DNA of 64,000 bases, taken from contig JALDZS010000108.1 of the NCBI GenBank assembly GCA_022813965.1, positions 1-64,000 on the forward strand. The letters are read 5' to 3'. A model generated the notes under the pieces. It had not been told where the DNA came from and did not search any database. It saw nothing but the letters and a program-made list of their open reading frames with translations. This stretch comes from Toensbergia leucococca (taxonomy: Eukaryota). Position numbers and translations under genes: made by a program. Positions 39,619 to 51,182 of the stretch are shown here, in pieces; positions within the stretch are counted from its first letter, which is position 1, and every line of letters starts with the position of its first letter.

Positions 39619-41748
39619 TTATTCCAGCGCACTAAGACAGTCCACAGCCTGCTTCGTTGTCCGCCCGCTCTTCAAAATTCTTCCTTCGAGGAAGATGCAG
39701 CCCTAAGTAACTTGTCAGTAAATGTAAGAATATTAGGGTGGTAGCTATATATCTCACTCGTTCGCAAGACAGGCCGAGTGAAGTCCCACAAACGTCATCC
39801 TTGACTACACTGGCATCAAGGCACGTGCCTATTTCGCTACACGATGATTCAGACGCCGTGCAACAATTCTTCTGAATGGATTCTACGCATTGGCTTTGGC
39901 AAGTCTTGACCAATGAGAGTGAAGTAGCATTAAAAGAGGATAAGAGGTTTGTAGCGAGTCGAGACGAATTTGTTGATGAATTTGAGTATGCAGGTGAGAG
40001 GATTTGTAACAACGCAGACAGTTCAGAAGAATTCTGTACGACTGAAGACACCTCTGGAATTTCTGTTTCGAACATCTTCACTAAGAAAGCGGCAACTTCG
40101 TCCTCGTCTTCGGAGGAAGGATTTTCAAGCAGATCGGAGACGATGTCGGAGGTCTTGGTGGTATTAGATGCCACGAAAACGGAACCGGATGGTGCTGGCA
40201 AGGCCCCAAGAACGCCAGTAGTGGGACCTGGGCTGACGACAGACGACAATGCTCGTCCAGCGACAAGTGGGACAGAGCGACGGGCAGGCTGAGAAGGCCC
40301 AAGGAAACGTGTTGGAATCCATGCAGTGGAGCCGTCTTTGAGCTTTTTGACATCGGACCAACCCCCTAGGTGAGTATTAGGATGGGACGTTACATCAGGA
40401 ACGGGACATGAGGAAATTACCGCCGGTCTTGATCTGAGCAACCAGTTCTACCAATTCATTCTTCTGAACTGTAAGTTCGTCGTCGCTGGCGGAATAGTCA
40501 TGCAATATTGAATACACCTCCTTCATCGAAAGAGATCTTGCTTTACCAGTGCTTAAGTCCAAGTCTCCAAAGACCATAGCCACAGGGAAAAGTGTAAGAG
40601 TTTCGCTGTTCAGATAAGCTTTCGTATATCCAGATTTTGACTTGGCTAATTTCACACAATCTGGCCAACCGTTGCTGGCTGTTTTCCCTGGTATTTGGTG
40701 CCCCTGGAAGTCATAGGCCGGTTGATTATCAATCCCTCAAAAACGTCAGCATGACATCGAAAGTCTTCAATTTGACTTATTCACCTCCCGTAAACGCGGT
40801 TATCTGTAGTTTGATCATCTCGCGAAGGAGTACCTGCGCGAGTGACTTCATCTCACCGATTGGGGTGTTCTCATTTATATATTTTTCGGGATTACTCTGT
40901 ATGTCGGAGATCGACTCCAAGTAATTTCCGTTGAACACAGCTGGGCATAGAGTCATTGCTGCCTGATTTCGCGATGAGGTTGCGATGATATTGGGCCCAC
41001 AAAGCGGTGCGACGATAGCTGTTCCGTCCGGATTGAAATTAGGAGGACTGTAGCGTTCTGAATCACGGCCGTACCAGCAGCCATGTTTGCACTTGCCTAT
41101 TGAGAAGCCTATGTTCAACCTTGGTAACTTACTGCGATGATGGAATTGAAATACCTTTAGCAATATCAGTCAGTGGTTGCTTCCCTTTAGCTTTAGTGGT
41201 TATCTGATCCGACGTATAAAAGTTTATCCACGTATCACCACAATACATCCAGTAGAAGTCTTGCTTTTTATCATATGGTAACATCGATTTACCTGACCTC
41301 GCCTGGCCCAAGATGTTTGTGTAAACCACTGTTCAATGAAGTAGATCAGTGGGCATACTACATGGGAATTTGAATCAGTAACAAGCCGGGGGGGAGTTGA
41401 CTTACTTTTGATAAGTTCTAAAAACGATTGTAAGGTGGGATCTGAAATTTTAAATCCAAACAAAGCCTTGAACGTCCTCTCCGTGACAAGCTGTTTTGCA
41501 GCATCTAGCTCATCAATCAATTGACTTTTCTCGAAGATCACGAGCCTCGCCACGGCAGCCTCGGACATGACAATCATCTCATTATACGCTTTGGAAAGTA
41601 CGTCCTTTTTAGTCCAGCACGTGTCCTTGGTGCGCCACAGCTTGCTGAAATGAAAAAGGTCAGTCATTGTGCGTTCTGCCCGGCCGCAGCTTCCCAGTGA
41701 TACCAATAAAGCCGAGTGTACTAAAACTAGCACGAAAAAGCACTTCAT
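39619..41748 (-). CDS. Secreted zincin (M35-like) fold protein with a degenerate active site, Ser-rich linker and C-terminal Cys-rich domain
   Basis: Signal peptide MKCFFVLVLVHSALLVSLG; MTLCPAVF, SLAQVLLREMIKL, GWPDCVKLAK..AYLNSETLTLF. Five introns join the ORFs in frame (one uses a GAG acceptor at 40736). Confidence 0.65.
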
Positions 41749-42637
41749 ACTAAGATATTCTTCTTTTGTTTAGGGAGGCTTAAGGAATATATCGTTTGAC
41801 GCCGACCAAAGCGAGAAGAGTTCGATCTGAAGTAACTTCTTTGAGCCTCAAGAAATATAGATAGAGAAGACGGCAGCAATGATATAAGGCAAGAGATGTG
41901 CAACCTGAAAAGTTGGCACTCTTTTTTTGGACTTATCTAGATCGAACATTGCAAATCTTCGATTAACCTCCATGATCTCACCCGAGAGTGTGGGGACAGA
42001 CAAGCAGAAAGTGCTTGAAAAGCAGAAGTACATTGGAGTAGGATTTGTGGGTTGGATAGATCTGAGTGGTTGGAGAACAATGTCGAGCTAGCTCTGCAAT
42101 GTTGGGGACGATTAATAGTTGGAGGGCAGTAAGGATTTTGGATGACCACATTCCATCACCATCTTGAGGTGATCAGCGGCGGATCAAAAAATGAGCCCCA
42201 ATCTTTCCACTGCGCTGTAAATTGTAATGGGTGAGTAGTGTAGAGGTGTAAAAGTCACGGTGAAAATAAGACAAACTTCAGCTTTATTTTACGAGTACCG
42301 ATACCACCGTACTCTACTCTGTTTGGTACATAAGATATTATAGTACTAGAATGAGATAAGAAAGAACACAGAACCCACTACACCGTTATGCCAGCGCCAT
42401 TGTGAATCGAACCCAATATGAAATATATGACTCCTAATGCACAGTAAATGCATTTCTCTATTTACAGCACAATGTCCTGCTTGTGCTCATCCACCATATT
42501 TAATCAGACTTCTAAACTTCAGCCCATGATTCCTTATTACTATGATGAAACAATAAGAACAACCGAATCCAAAAACTATGCATCGATTAAACACATCCAG
42601 CCGCCCGTCAAACGCCTTCGCATTATCCGTGGGAGTC

Positions 42638-43685
42638 TCATAACTCTCGCCCCTCCCTATCCCTCCCCATCCTGCTATACTGGGATCTATACTGGCGCGT
42701 ATTTGCCTCAATCAAGGGACTCGTCCAGGTATCAACGCTGCTCGTTCCTTTCTCGGATTCCCTCACCGGATATTTTGTCCTGCCTGAAAAATTATCAGCG
42801 TCTAGGCTTGATGGACAATGATGCCCCTGAGGTGTAAATGAAAGACAAGAAGAGTCAAGGCCTACCCAGTCCAGTTGGATGACAATTTGCATACATCGTC
42901 TCCCATCCGTTCTTGGGGACAGAATACGTCTCGTGCAGCAGCGCAAGGTGAGGATGCTCTTTGGCCACCTTGTTCCACCAATCCCAGCCTGCACGATGAA
43001 GTGGACCCCTGGTGAATTCGTGCAGAGACTTGACATCCTTCCAATACGAAATCAGGCAGTTGGCATTCCCAGCGTTTGCCTCGCTCGAGATCCAGCTCGA
43101 CTGACCTAGGACTGAGGTGGAACCGTTTTTGTCAGTGGAATTTCCCAAATAGTCTAGTCCTATTGGATCTTCATGGCGAATGAAGACTTACAGCCATGTT
43201 TCTCGGGATTTTCTTCTAATTCTACAAACATTTTCCCGCCATAGTCACCCAACTCTTTCATGCCAGGTGCAAACATGCCCAATGGGCTAAAATTCAAGAA
43301 CAAATATTAGCCATTTGAATAGGATGCTTGATTTTACAGATATCGGGGCCCCTCACTGGTTAGAACGTGCACTAAGTAGAAATACCACAACCTCCTTATC
43401 GCCAGACTTTTCAGAGAAAGTCCCGTCTTCATTCGGAATTTGTGCTGTCCAATTCCCAAGCTTGACGCCATCTAGATAGGTATTGGGTGTGAAGCCATAG
43501 ACCATGAGCACTGCGCGGACAAAGCGAAAGGCGATGAACAGAACAGCTGGAAGTATTGCAAAGAGGCGCGGAAGACACAGAACCAAGAACGACTGCATAC
43601 AAGCACCGGCAAGAAGCCAGGTTGTAGTGGTGAATTGATCGCGGATTCGACTATCGTCAAGTACGGAAAAAACGGCCATATTCAT
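42638..43685 (-). CDS. DUF4188-family monooxygenase-like protein
   Basis: VVVFLLSARSN-PLGMFAPG, ISYWKDVKSLHEFTRGPLHRAGWDWWN, HETYSVPKNGWETMYANCHPTGL; N-terminal transmembrane segment. Confidence 0.8.
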
Positions 43686-44420
43686 GTACTTTCAAAAACT
43701 AAGGTTGAAAAGTAAGAAGGACGTTGTGAGGAGAGAGATCAAAAGACAAAATAGACAGACAGGTCAACTTAAGCTGACGCACAGCACACTGAATTCGGCG
43801 CGGCGCAACCAGAAAGCCGCACGGGCAAATAGACAGCCGTACGGACGTATTCTAAGGCGACGCGAACATGTATTGGACATGTAAAGTGACACGGTAGATC
43901 ATCCTTTCTCTACCTAAAGAACATGTGCTCTACGAGTATCCAATGATGAAATGTGGCAAGTAAGGACTGCATTGGCGGGGATGATATCTGTCGTGTCGTT
44001 ATGAGAGATCGAGGGATCTTGTTCGTGACGTCGAGAGTCGAGAGTCGAGGTGCTTCGGACCCTCTTCGCTTGATCCGTAAGTGCCGAGGTACGAGTAGAA
44101 TCGAGGAATAGAACATCTGTTCCGCAGCCAGGCCATCCTTCGACCTAGAGACAGTAAATGATTTCATCATCATAATTCTTCAACCTGATTTTTTCTAGTC
44201 ACTCAGCCTCAACTTTCCAATCTCACAATGACTTATTTCAACTAAAATAAATGACAGAAGACTTGAACAACTTCTGCAGTAAGCAAATAACATTGTCACA
44301 TATGAGAAGCAAGGAAATTTCTATAGAATAAGGTAGTCAATGACATGTAGCTAGCTAGTGAAACATCTCATTTCAATGCTGAGAGCATTCCCCGCCCTAT
44401 TGAGCTCCGCATGTTCATAG

Positions 44421-44438
44421 AAAAAGCAAAAGTAAAAC
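44421..44438 (-). terminator. Pol III oligo(T) terminator of the tRNA gene
   Basis: The minus strand after the discriminator base reads ATTGTTTTACTTTTGCTTTTT. Confidence 0.7.
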
Positions 44439-44441
44439 AAT

Positions 44442-44572
44442 TGACCAGACTGGGGTTCGATCCCAGGACCTTGTCCGTGTTAAGGACACGTGCTGTGTAG
44501 TTGTTAGAAATTGTCGGAGACGGGTGTAGCGGGGGAAGGGATGTCTTACATAACCAACTACACCATCCGGCC
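44442..44572 (-). tRNA. tRNA-Val(AAC): tRNA-Val(AAC) with a 57-nt GT-AG intron (44493-44549) in the D-stem
   Basis: Joining 44572-44550 to 44492-44442 gives a 74-nt cloverleaf: GGCCGGA TG GTGT AGTTGGTTA TCAC G TGTCC TTAACAC GGACA AGGTC CTGGG ATCGAAC CCCAG TCTGGTC A. Confidence 0.92.
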
Positions 44573-44600
44573 GAAGTTGAATTCGTTGAGTCTTATTTCA

Positions 44601-44609
44601 ATATATATA
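44601..44609 (-). promoter_or_regulatory. TATA-like element about 30 nt upstream of the tRNA
   Basis: TATATATAT at about -37 to -29 relative to G1, the usual TFIIIB position. Confidence 0.5.
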
Positions 44610-45045
44610 CTACATAAATTATTGGCCTTGGGTAAGAAGATAAGTCTATTCATCTCAGTTTCTTTGTTTGGTCATGGGTTTGCGGTGATCATGTGTATAA
44701 TTGGCATTTCTGTTCCTGATCGGTAGTTGTCCATGTGCACAATATCTACCCTCATGAATCTCATCCCATCATCCTCTATGTGAACAAAATTGTAGCCCCA
44801 AGAAAGGGTACCAATGATATCCTTGAATCATCAGTCATGACAACCATGAATCCAACAACAAAATCAACAAAGAAAGCCTGTATGTGCCACCGAATGCGGG
44901 CATCACCATCTCAGCAATGGAAGACAAAGCATTAGAGTCACAGAAAGACAACAACAATGGCGCGAAAACATGGTCTCGCTCATCTCGGCCATTGCTCCGA
45001 GTAGTCTCACATTTGAACTGTACGATCCGTCATTTGCTGTGAGCA

Positions 45046-46930
45046 ATGGCTTCCTCCACACCATTAGACTCACGCCCATGCTCACTGACAGACTCGTTCA
45101 TATTAAAATCCTTCACCCGCGACGAGTGGACAAGCCTGGGCTTCCTCGACAACCCTAATGCCAAACCATCCGATCTAACCAATCCCATCCACCCTGTTTT
45201 CCGCATTGAGAATTTTATCGGCCTCTCGGAGGGAGATTACAGGATCCTAGAGCCCGGTTTTCGATTAGCATCCCGCTTCATAACCAATATCCATCTCCTT
45301 CCCTTTTGGCATGCACTCATCTTCGGGCCCCGATGTCCACTGCCCCCGGAAGCCTACAAAGGCCGACCGTCGCAGCCACTCTACTCTTTCCACCGCGTCC
45401 TCCACCCCGTTTCCAGAGGATACGGCCTTTCCGAACCTGATATGAGGAAGACTGCCATGGCACTGCTGGCTCTTCGCTCAGCAGTCCAATTCACCTTTGG
45501 CCCTCTTGGTTTCGAGGGTTACGGTGAGACTTGGCGTGTCTTTCAGAGCCCCCCTCCTCTCCATGTATTCAACATACAGGGTAACTGCTCCGAAGTCAAA
45601 CTCGAAGCTCGAGTGCTGCCTGCTCTCCTCGGTCGGCCCGAACCCTTCAACATATCTCAAACCCTTCGTTGCCAATATCTGTTCGCCTCCACGCTCGTAC
45701 ACGAGCTTGCTCATGTCTGCAATATTGCTGTCACAGAGCTCCTCTTGGAATCCCCCTCAGACAATCTTTCCCCCTTTTCTGGCCTTCCTCCTGCTACATC
45801 AAACTATGGCCCAAGAGGCTCGCCAAAAGCAAATCATGACCTTTTTCGATTGCCTTTGGAACCCTTCTTCGAGGACGACCGTGAGGCAGAATTAGGGTGA
45901 GTGCCAAATTTCATTATGTCCCTATCACCGGTTGCAACACCGTCTCGCACAAAGCTTTGACCTGGAATACAACCTCAACTAGTTCTAAGTCTTTGTTTTT
46001 CATCCATCTTTCTCGAGACAGATTTCCCAGAATCACAAAAACTTTACATGTCACCGACTAATGCATACGTCCAGCCACGTCTGGGAAAACATGGTCCTCT
46101 TTGGTTGGCCAGATCCCGTTTGCGGTGACCTTTCCGTCGGCCACGGCATCAGACGGTCAAAATGGCCTGAAGCAAAGGAGCGCACAGAACTTAGTCAGCG
46201 TTACGACAAGAAGCGAAAACGATTTTCAACCGAATGGCTTGTCAGTTTTGAGGAAGTCGATCGTCTTTTCCGCCCCGAGTTCTGGCAAGGGGTCTTACAG
46301 TGGGGGGCTCAAGAATTGAATGGGAAGAAGAGGATAGGCGTAAGGACGTGGACGACTGCGCCGGAAGATGAAATTCAGCGCAGTAATTCATCCAGCAGTA
46401 TTGTGGTTGGGAGGACGCGGCAGGACAAGGAAGAAAGGGGTCCTGTACTGGTAAGAAATTGGTGGCCGCAGGGTCCGTCAGAAGAGAGAGAACGTGAAGA
46501 AGCTAGAAGGGAACGCAAAGAGACTTATATAGAGATAATTGATAAACATATAGAGAAGATGAAGAGGTTCAAGAAAGACAGGGAGAAGCGTGAGGCTGGG
46601 ATGAAATACTTTCGTAGGAGGGAGATGGAGTCAATACGGGCGAGAACAGCGAGGAAGAGAGAGATGGAAGCGTGGCTAGAAAGAGATTTGCGACGGAGAG
46701 TAAGGGAAAAGAAGGAGAGAGAAGAGGCAAAACAGCAGGCTACAGAGGTGGAAGACGTCGAGATGAAGGACGCACCAACATCGCCAGAAGTATCGATAAC
46801 GTTGTCAACAGAAGTAGAGATACTGGGCGTGCCGAAGGATCCATGGGCATTCTTGGAGAAGCCACGCCGGCGAGACTGGCGCAATCAACGTTGGTCGCCT
46901 TATTTCAGATCGTCAAAAAGGCCACGGTGA
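45046..46930 (+). CDS. Hypothetical protein with an HExxH (zincin-like) motif and a charged C-terminus
   Basis: ASTLVHELAH (45700-45714) and EPFFEDDREAELG|HVWENMVLFG across intron 45897-46074 (GTGAGT..GACTAAT..CAG). Confidence 0.7.
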
Positions 46931-47427
46931 ATTTCCAGAAGCACTACGGATTATCAGGACTAGATTAGAATAACAGGAGATCAAAGGTCATGATTATAGC
47001 TGCTGCAGTTCATCGACAACAAATCTTTGAAGTAGCATAATTTGCCGAAGACATTGCCTGTTTCCAAATGCTGCACGTTCTATTTGGCAGACGCAGAGCT
47101 ATCTTTGATACGTAAACTGGCAAGGCTGGAGCAAGTTGTTTGAAAGGAAATAAAGTAGCCTGTGTGCGATTTGTAGTATACAGCGAGCCAGTCGTATAGA
47201 TTAATTAGCCCTCACGCGTGTGCTGTTCGATTCAGCCTAGCCATGTCGACAAAATCATATTCCCCTCTTGTATACCATGCTGTACAGTCGGCCGTAAGGA
47301 GTACTGCCATTCATGAGGCGGCGCATAAAATTCAAAAATCTTATAATACATGAGTACATATACAAAATGAAGACAAAGCGTAGTTAAATATGTCATAATT
47401 GCACAGATTAGTAGCACTGTAATCGAG

Positions 47428-49950
47428 TCAGCTAGCTCGCACACTCTGGAAACTGTAGCGACCTGCGAGGTCCGGAGTCTTCCAATTCCCATCTTTCGCA
47501 TCGCGGGAGCTACTACTAGAGATCGAGGTTGGGGGTAGCATAGGTAGTGGATACTCTGGAGGTGCGCTCGGGAGACCAACATGCGGCATGCTTCTATGAA
47601 CTTGCATCTTCGGTGGTTGTAAAGAGAGCCGGGTAGTATTATGTGTAGTTTTTATTGTTGTAGAAGGGGAGGATTGTAGCGTACGGTCGCCGCCATCAAA
47701 AGAAACTTGCGAGGTAGACTGTATTGGTAGAGGGTCGCTGTGCACCTGCATGCTGTTTGGGCGGCGTAACTTACGGAACTGCGCCGATGAAGCACTGGTC
47801 GGACGTCGACCCTGATCTTGATCGGTAACAGAAATACAGGATGCTGGGAGAGCTGGGAGAGCCGCTGTTGGTGGTGGGTGAGGTGAAGGTGTTTGGTAAG
47901 GAAGGCGACATGGTGATACACCACGAGAGTACTCGAGAGACGAAAAGCGACGAGGTATCGTTTGATCAGAAGCTGATTGAGACGCTTGCGAAGCGCTAAA
48001 GTGCTCATCGTTCTGAGAAAAGGTCGCAAGTGTTGATAGTGCTGCTCCTGCCTCAGCAGAGAGACTGATTCTTCTTCTTGTGAGCTTCGCTCCCAAGGTT
48101 GTTGAAGATGGCAGCTTCCCAATGAAGGACGTAGGCCTTTCCAAAGGTTCACTTTCGTCACGACTGCTTCGTGGTGATGAGTGGACAGTGATAGAGGTCG
48201 GTGGCGTAGATAGGGCAGGTATGCTCATTTCCGAGTAGCGCTTGCTAAAGCTGGGAGCACTCAGGCTTGGCGCTGCTGGAGATATGCTTCTTGCGCGGGA
48301 GGAGCTGTAGAATGATTGAGAACGAGGCGAGCGAGGGCTAGAATGATAATCTGGCGACATTGGTCGGGATTCAACTTGTTTCGGTATTGCTTGCATAGGT
48401 CTTCGTCGGGTGTTCGGGTATGTGGCCGTTGTTGTCGCGATTCCGCCAAAATTAGATGGGAGAACGTCGAGATTGAAATTGGCCCTTGCCGGCGAAGGAC
48501 CAGGGGATGATCTCTCCGAAGTGGTCAGCGTCTTTGCACCTGCAGAGGAGTAAGACATGCGTGAACTATCCCTCACCCGATCTAGGTAGGCCTGGTCTGT
48601 GGAGACTGTAGTGAAAGAGATAGAAGGCGAATCCATAGACCGTCTGTTAGCAACTGAATCTCTCATGGCGGGATGTGGGGATGGCACATTAACAACTGGC
48701 TTTGTCCATCTTACATCACGACTTTCGTCTCCAGAACGAGTGCCTAAAGGAGGACTACCGTGTCTAGAAAACTGGGTAGGGTCCCTCTTGATCACAAAAC
48801 GCCGGTTTTGCTTCTCTTGCAAAGCACGAAGTGCCTCATTAGTCGGCCTGCGTTTTCCGACGTCTGGTAGATATTGTTTCCCGCCCAGGGCCTCAATTTC
48901 CTTCCTCACTGCCACCAACCATGAGTCCATTTCTTCCGGGCTGCCGAGAACGAGTAAGAAATTCGACGTAGATCGCTTCGAATCACCTCGAAATGGTAGT
49001 TTGGAGAAGAGTGACTTTGATCCGGAACTGACTGTACCATCCTCGCCAGAAAACCGAGATACTCGAAGGACCCAGTGTTTGCCATGTATGGCGTCACAAG
49101 CAAAAGCGGCAGAGCTTTCACCAAGCTGTAAAACTTTCTCCGGTCGTCTGTCGAAACTTCCTTCGCCAGCATATTGTAAGATGTACCCCGACGTAACCAG
49201 CACGTATACCTTTTCAGTCCACTCGCATGTTGAAGTTGACCCTGAGTTTTGACGCCTGTGTTTATTGTGAATTTCCTCGTTGCTCTTTGGTCCTGTACTG
49301 GCCGTATCCGTTACATCGGTATCTTGTGGACTCAGAACCGACCCTAGTGTCTTGGCCTCGACTCTCTTACTGTCATTGAATCGTAGTATAGCATCCGCAG
49401 ATAAAGCTGGAGTGGTCAGCCTCCCATGTTTGACAGCCTGAGGATAAGCCTGAAACAGCGGTGGTGGATTCCATGTCATAGAATTGCGAACAGGGTGGTT
49501 CTTGTTTTTAATCTCAGATCGTAAAGCTGACTTTGAATTACGGTGCTTCAGTTTCGGAGTAGGTGTGGTCAAGGGAACTTGTACTGGTGGTTTTTCCTTT
49601 GAGATTGAATTTCGGCCAGCCTTGTTCGATGCTATGGTATGTTCATCTCTAACCTCTGGCTCTTCTCGATGTGCATCTAGTTGCCCCACTGGTTTTGAGC
49701 TTTTTACCGAGGTTGGCCGACTGCGAGTGAATAAGTTCTGTAGACTGGCTCTCGATAATCGTCGTTTTATTGCTGGCGCTTTCTCTGCAAGATCAGGCTG
49801 ATCTTGAAGTTTCTCGTTGTCGACACTTCTCGAGAGCATTGGAGGCTGGTTTCGATCTGAAGAGTTGGTGCGAAATGATGTCTGTATCCGTGGAAGGTCC
49901 ATACCTTTCTGAGGGGCCAGCCCTTGAGAAGGTTGCGAAGTCGTGTCCAT
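47428..49950 (-). CDS. PH-domain protein (conserved fungal) with a long Ser/Pro-rich tail
   Basis: 840-aa intronless ORF: WNPPPLFQAYPQA, WTEKVYVLVTSGYILQYAGEG..EKVLQL..HWVLRV..EEMDSWLVAVRKEI. Confidence 0.8.
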   Translation of the reverse strand: MDTTSQPSQGLAPQKGMDLPRIQTSFRTNSSDRNQPPMLSRSVDNEKLQDQPDLAEKAPAIKRRLSRASLQNLFTRSRPTSVKSSKPVGQLDAHREEPEVRDEHTIASNKAGRNSISKEKPPVQVPLTTPTPKLKHRNSKSALRSEIKNKNHPVRNSMTWNPPPLFQAYPQAVKHGRLTTPALSADAILRFNDSKRVEAKTLGSVLSPQDTDVTDTASTGPKSNEEIHNKHRRQNSGSTSTCEWTEKVYVLVTSGYILQYAGEGSFDRRPEKVLQLGESSAAFACDAIHGKHWVLRVSRFSGEDGTVSSGSKSLFSKLPFRGDSKRSTSNFLLVLGSPEEMDSWLVAVRKEIEALGGKQYLPDVGKRRPTNEALRALQEKQNRRFVIKRDPTQFSRHGSPPLGTRSGDESRDVRWTKPVVNVPSPHPAMRDSVANRRSMDSPSISFTTVSTDQAYLDRVRDSSRMSYSSAGAKTLTTSERSSPGPSPARANFNLDVLPSNFGGIATTTATYPNTRRRPMQAIPKQVESRPMSPDYHSSPRSPRSQSFYSSSRARSISPAAPSLSAPSFSKRYSEMSIPALSTPPTSITVHSSPRSSRDESEPLERPTSFIGKLPSSTTLGAKLTRRRISLSAEAGAALSTLATFSQNDEHFSASQASQSASDQTIPRRFSSLEYSRGVSPCRLPYQTPSPHPPPTAALPALPASCISVTDQDQGRRPTSASSAQFRKLRRPNSMQVHSDPLPIQSTSQVSFDGGDRTLQSSPSTTIKTTHNTTRLSLQPPKMQVHRSMPHVGLPSAPPEYPLPMLPPTSISSSSSRDAKDGNWKTPDLAGRYSFQSVRAS

Positions 49951-51182
49951 CTACTTTTATGCTGAGGCCTTCATGGATACTAAAATACTGTGAGTTGGGA
50001 CCGGTAGCTACTAGTTGCTTTTGCTCGGTGGATTGATGAACATTATGCTCATTGCAAAGCTTCAAAGTGACCAGCGCTGCAGCCAGGCTCGAATCGATGA
50101 TAAGTATCGCATCGAGAGTATCGTGCACATCCAACCCGGTTTCTAAAACTGGAGAGTACGACTTGACAATTGGATCTGATGGCGTCTTTGAGGATTGAGC
50201 AGTTTATTAAAATGATAAGTGCGATAAGTAGGACAGGAATATTGATAGAACGAGCGTAAGGAATCGAACAGGGAGCAGCATTCCAGTTCGAATCAAACGA
50301 ATTTTAAGGAAAAGAAGCGAATCAGAAAGAACTGGGAGAAATAAGCAATTGACCTGATGTAACAATTAACAGAGAAATACGGCCGAGAAGGCGGCGAAAT
50401 GAGAAGGGCATTCAAAAGAAAAGAGCAAGGGAATCCATCTGACACGCGACCCCCCCGAAGCCCCCACCGTGGTCGGTTTGAGATAATCGCCATAGTAGCT
50501 TCAGGGGGATCGGGCTAGCTAACCGCCACCAATGCAATAGCTGCTGCTTTTGGAACCGGCGCGGCTTGAGATGTCAATTGTGGAGAAATCCGAGCTGGGC
50601 TATTAGAGCAGCAAGCGCCATGGGCATTAGTGGTTGCGGTAGGAGGGTAATATCATAACAGCCTTATGTTCGGTACCTTTATCTTCTGTAATTTGGTCCA
50701 TTCTAGATCGAGGCAGTGAGCAGTCACATCGTAGATTGGAGTCATGTTGCTTGCATGGATAGATAATGCAATGCTGTTTCATCATGAAATGACGGACCGT
50801 TCTTTTCCGTTCCAGTCCAACAACGTCAAACACCGAACGATCAAGCAGAATTGCACATGAACAAGCGCGACAAGTGCTTTTTTCTGAGCCGTGAAACCAG
50901 GACTAGAAGTTGTGCAGCTAGATGTATATGATGATTGATGGGCGACAGATATGTACATTGTCGGGGAGTATGGATTTTGGAGACGGTTTTGACGGTGGTA
51001 TTTCAGCATTCAGACACATTTCAGGGTCCCTCGGTCACCAGTGCCAGGCGAGCTCGGAGCCAGGGTCGCCCCGCAATACGGGAGCCAGTATCCGTACGGA
51101 TGACATCCCAAATAACAAACAGACATCTTGGTTGCTGCACTTGCAGTGTCCAAAGTATTCTAGAGTTGCCTTTCCCATAATC

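Noticed and set aside
44493..44549. Reading the tRNA insert as a canonical tRNA intron or the locus as a SINE
   Set aside because: The insert is at 22/23 rather than 37/38. Both tRNA halves are complete and followed directly by an oligo-T terminator, with no SINE body or target-site duplication visible.
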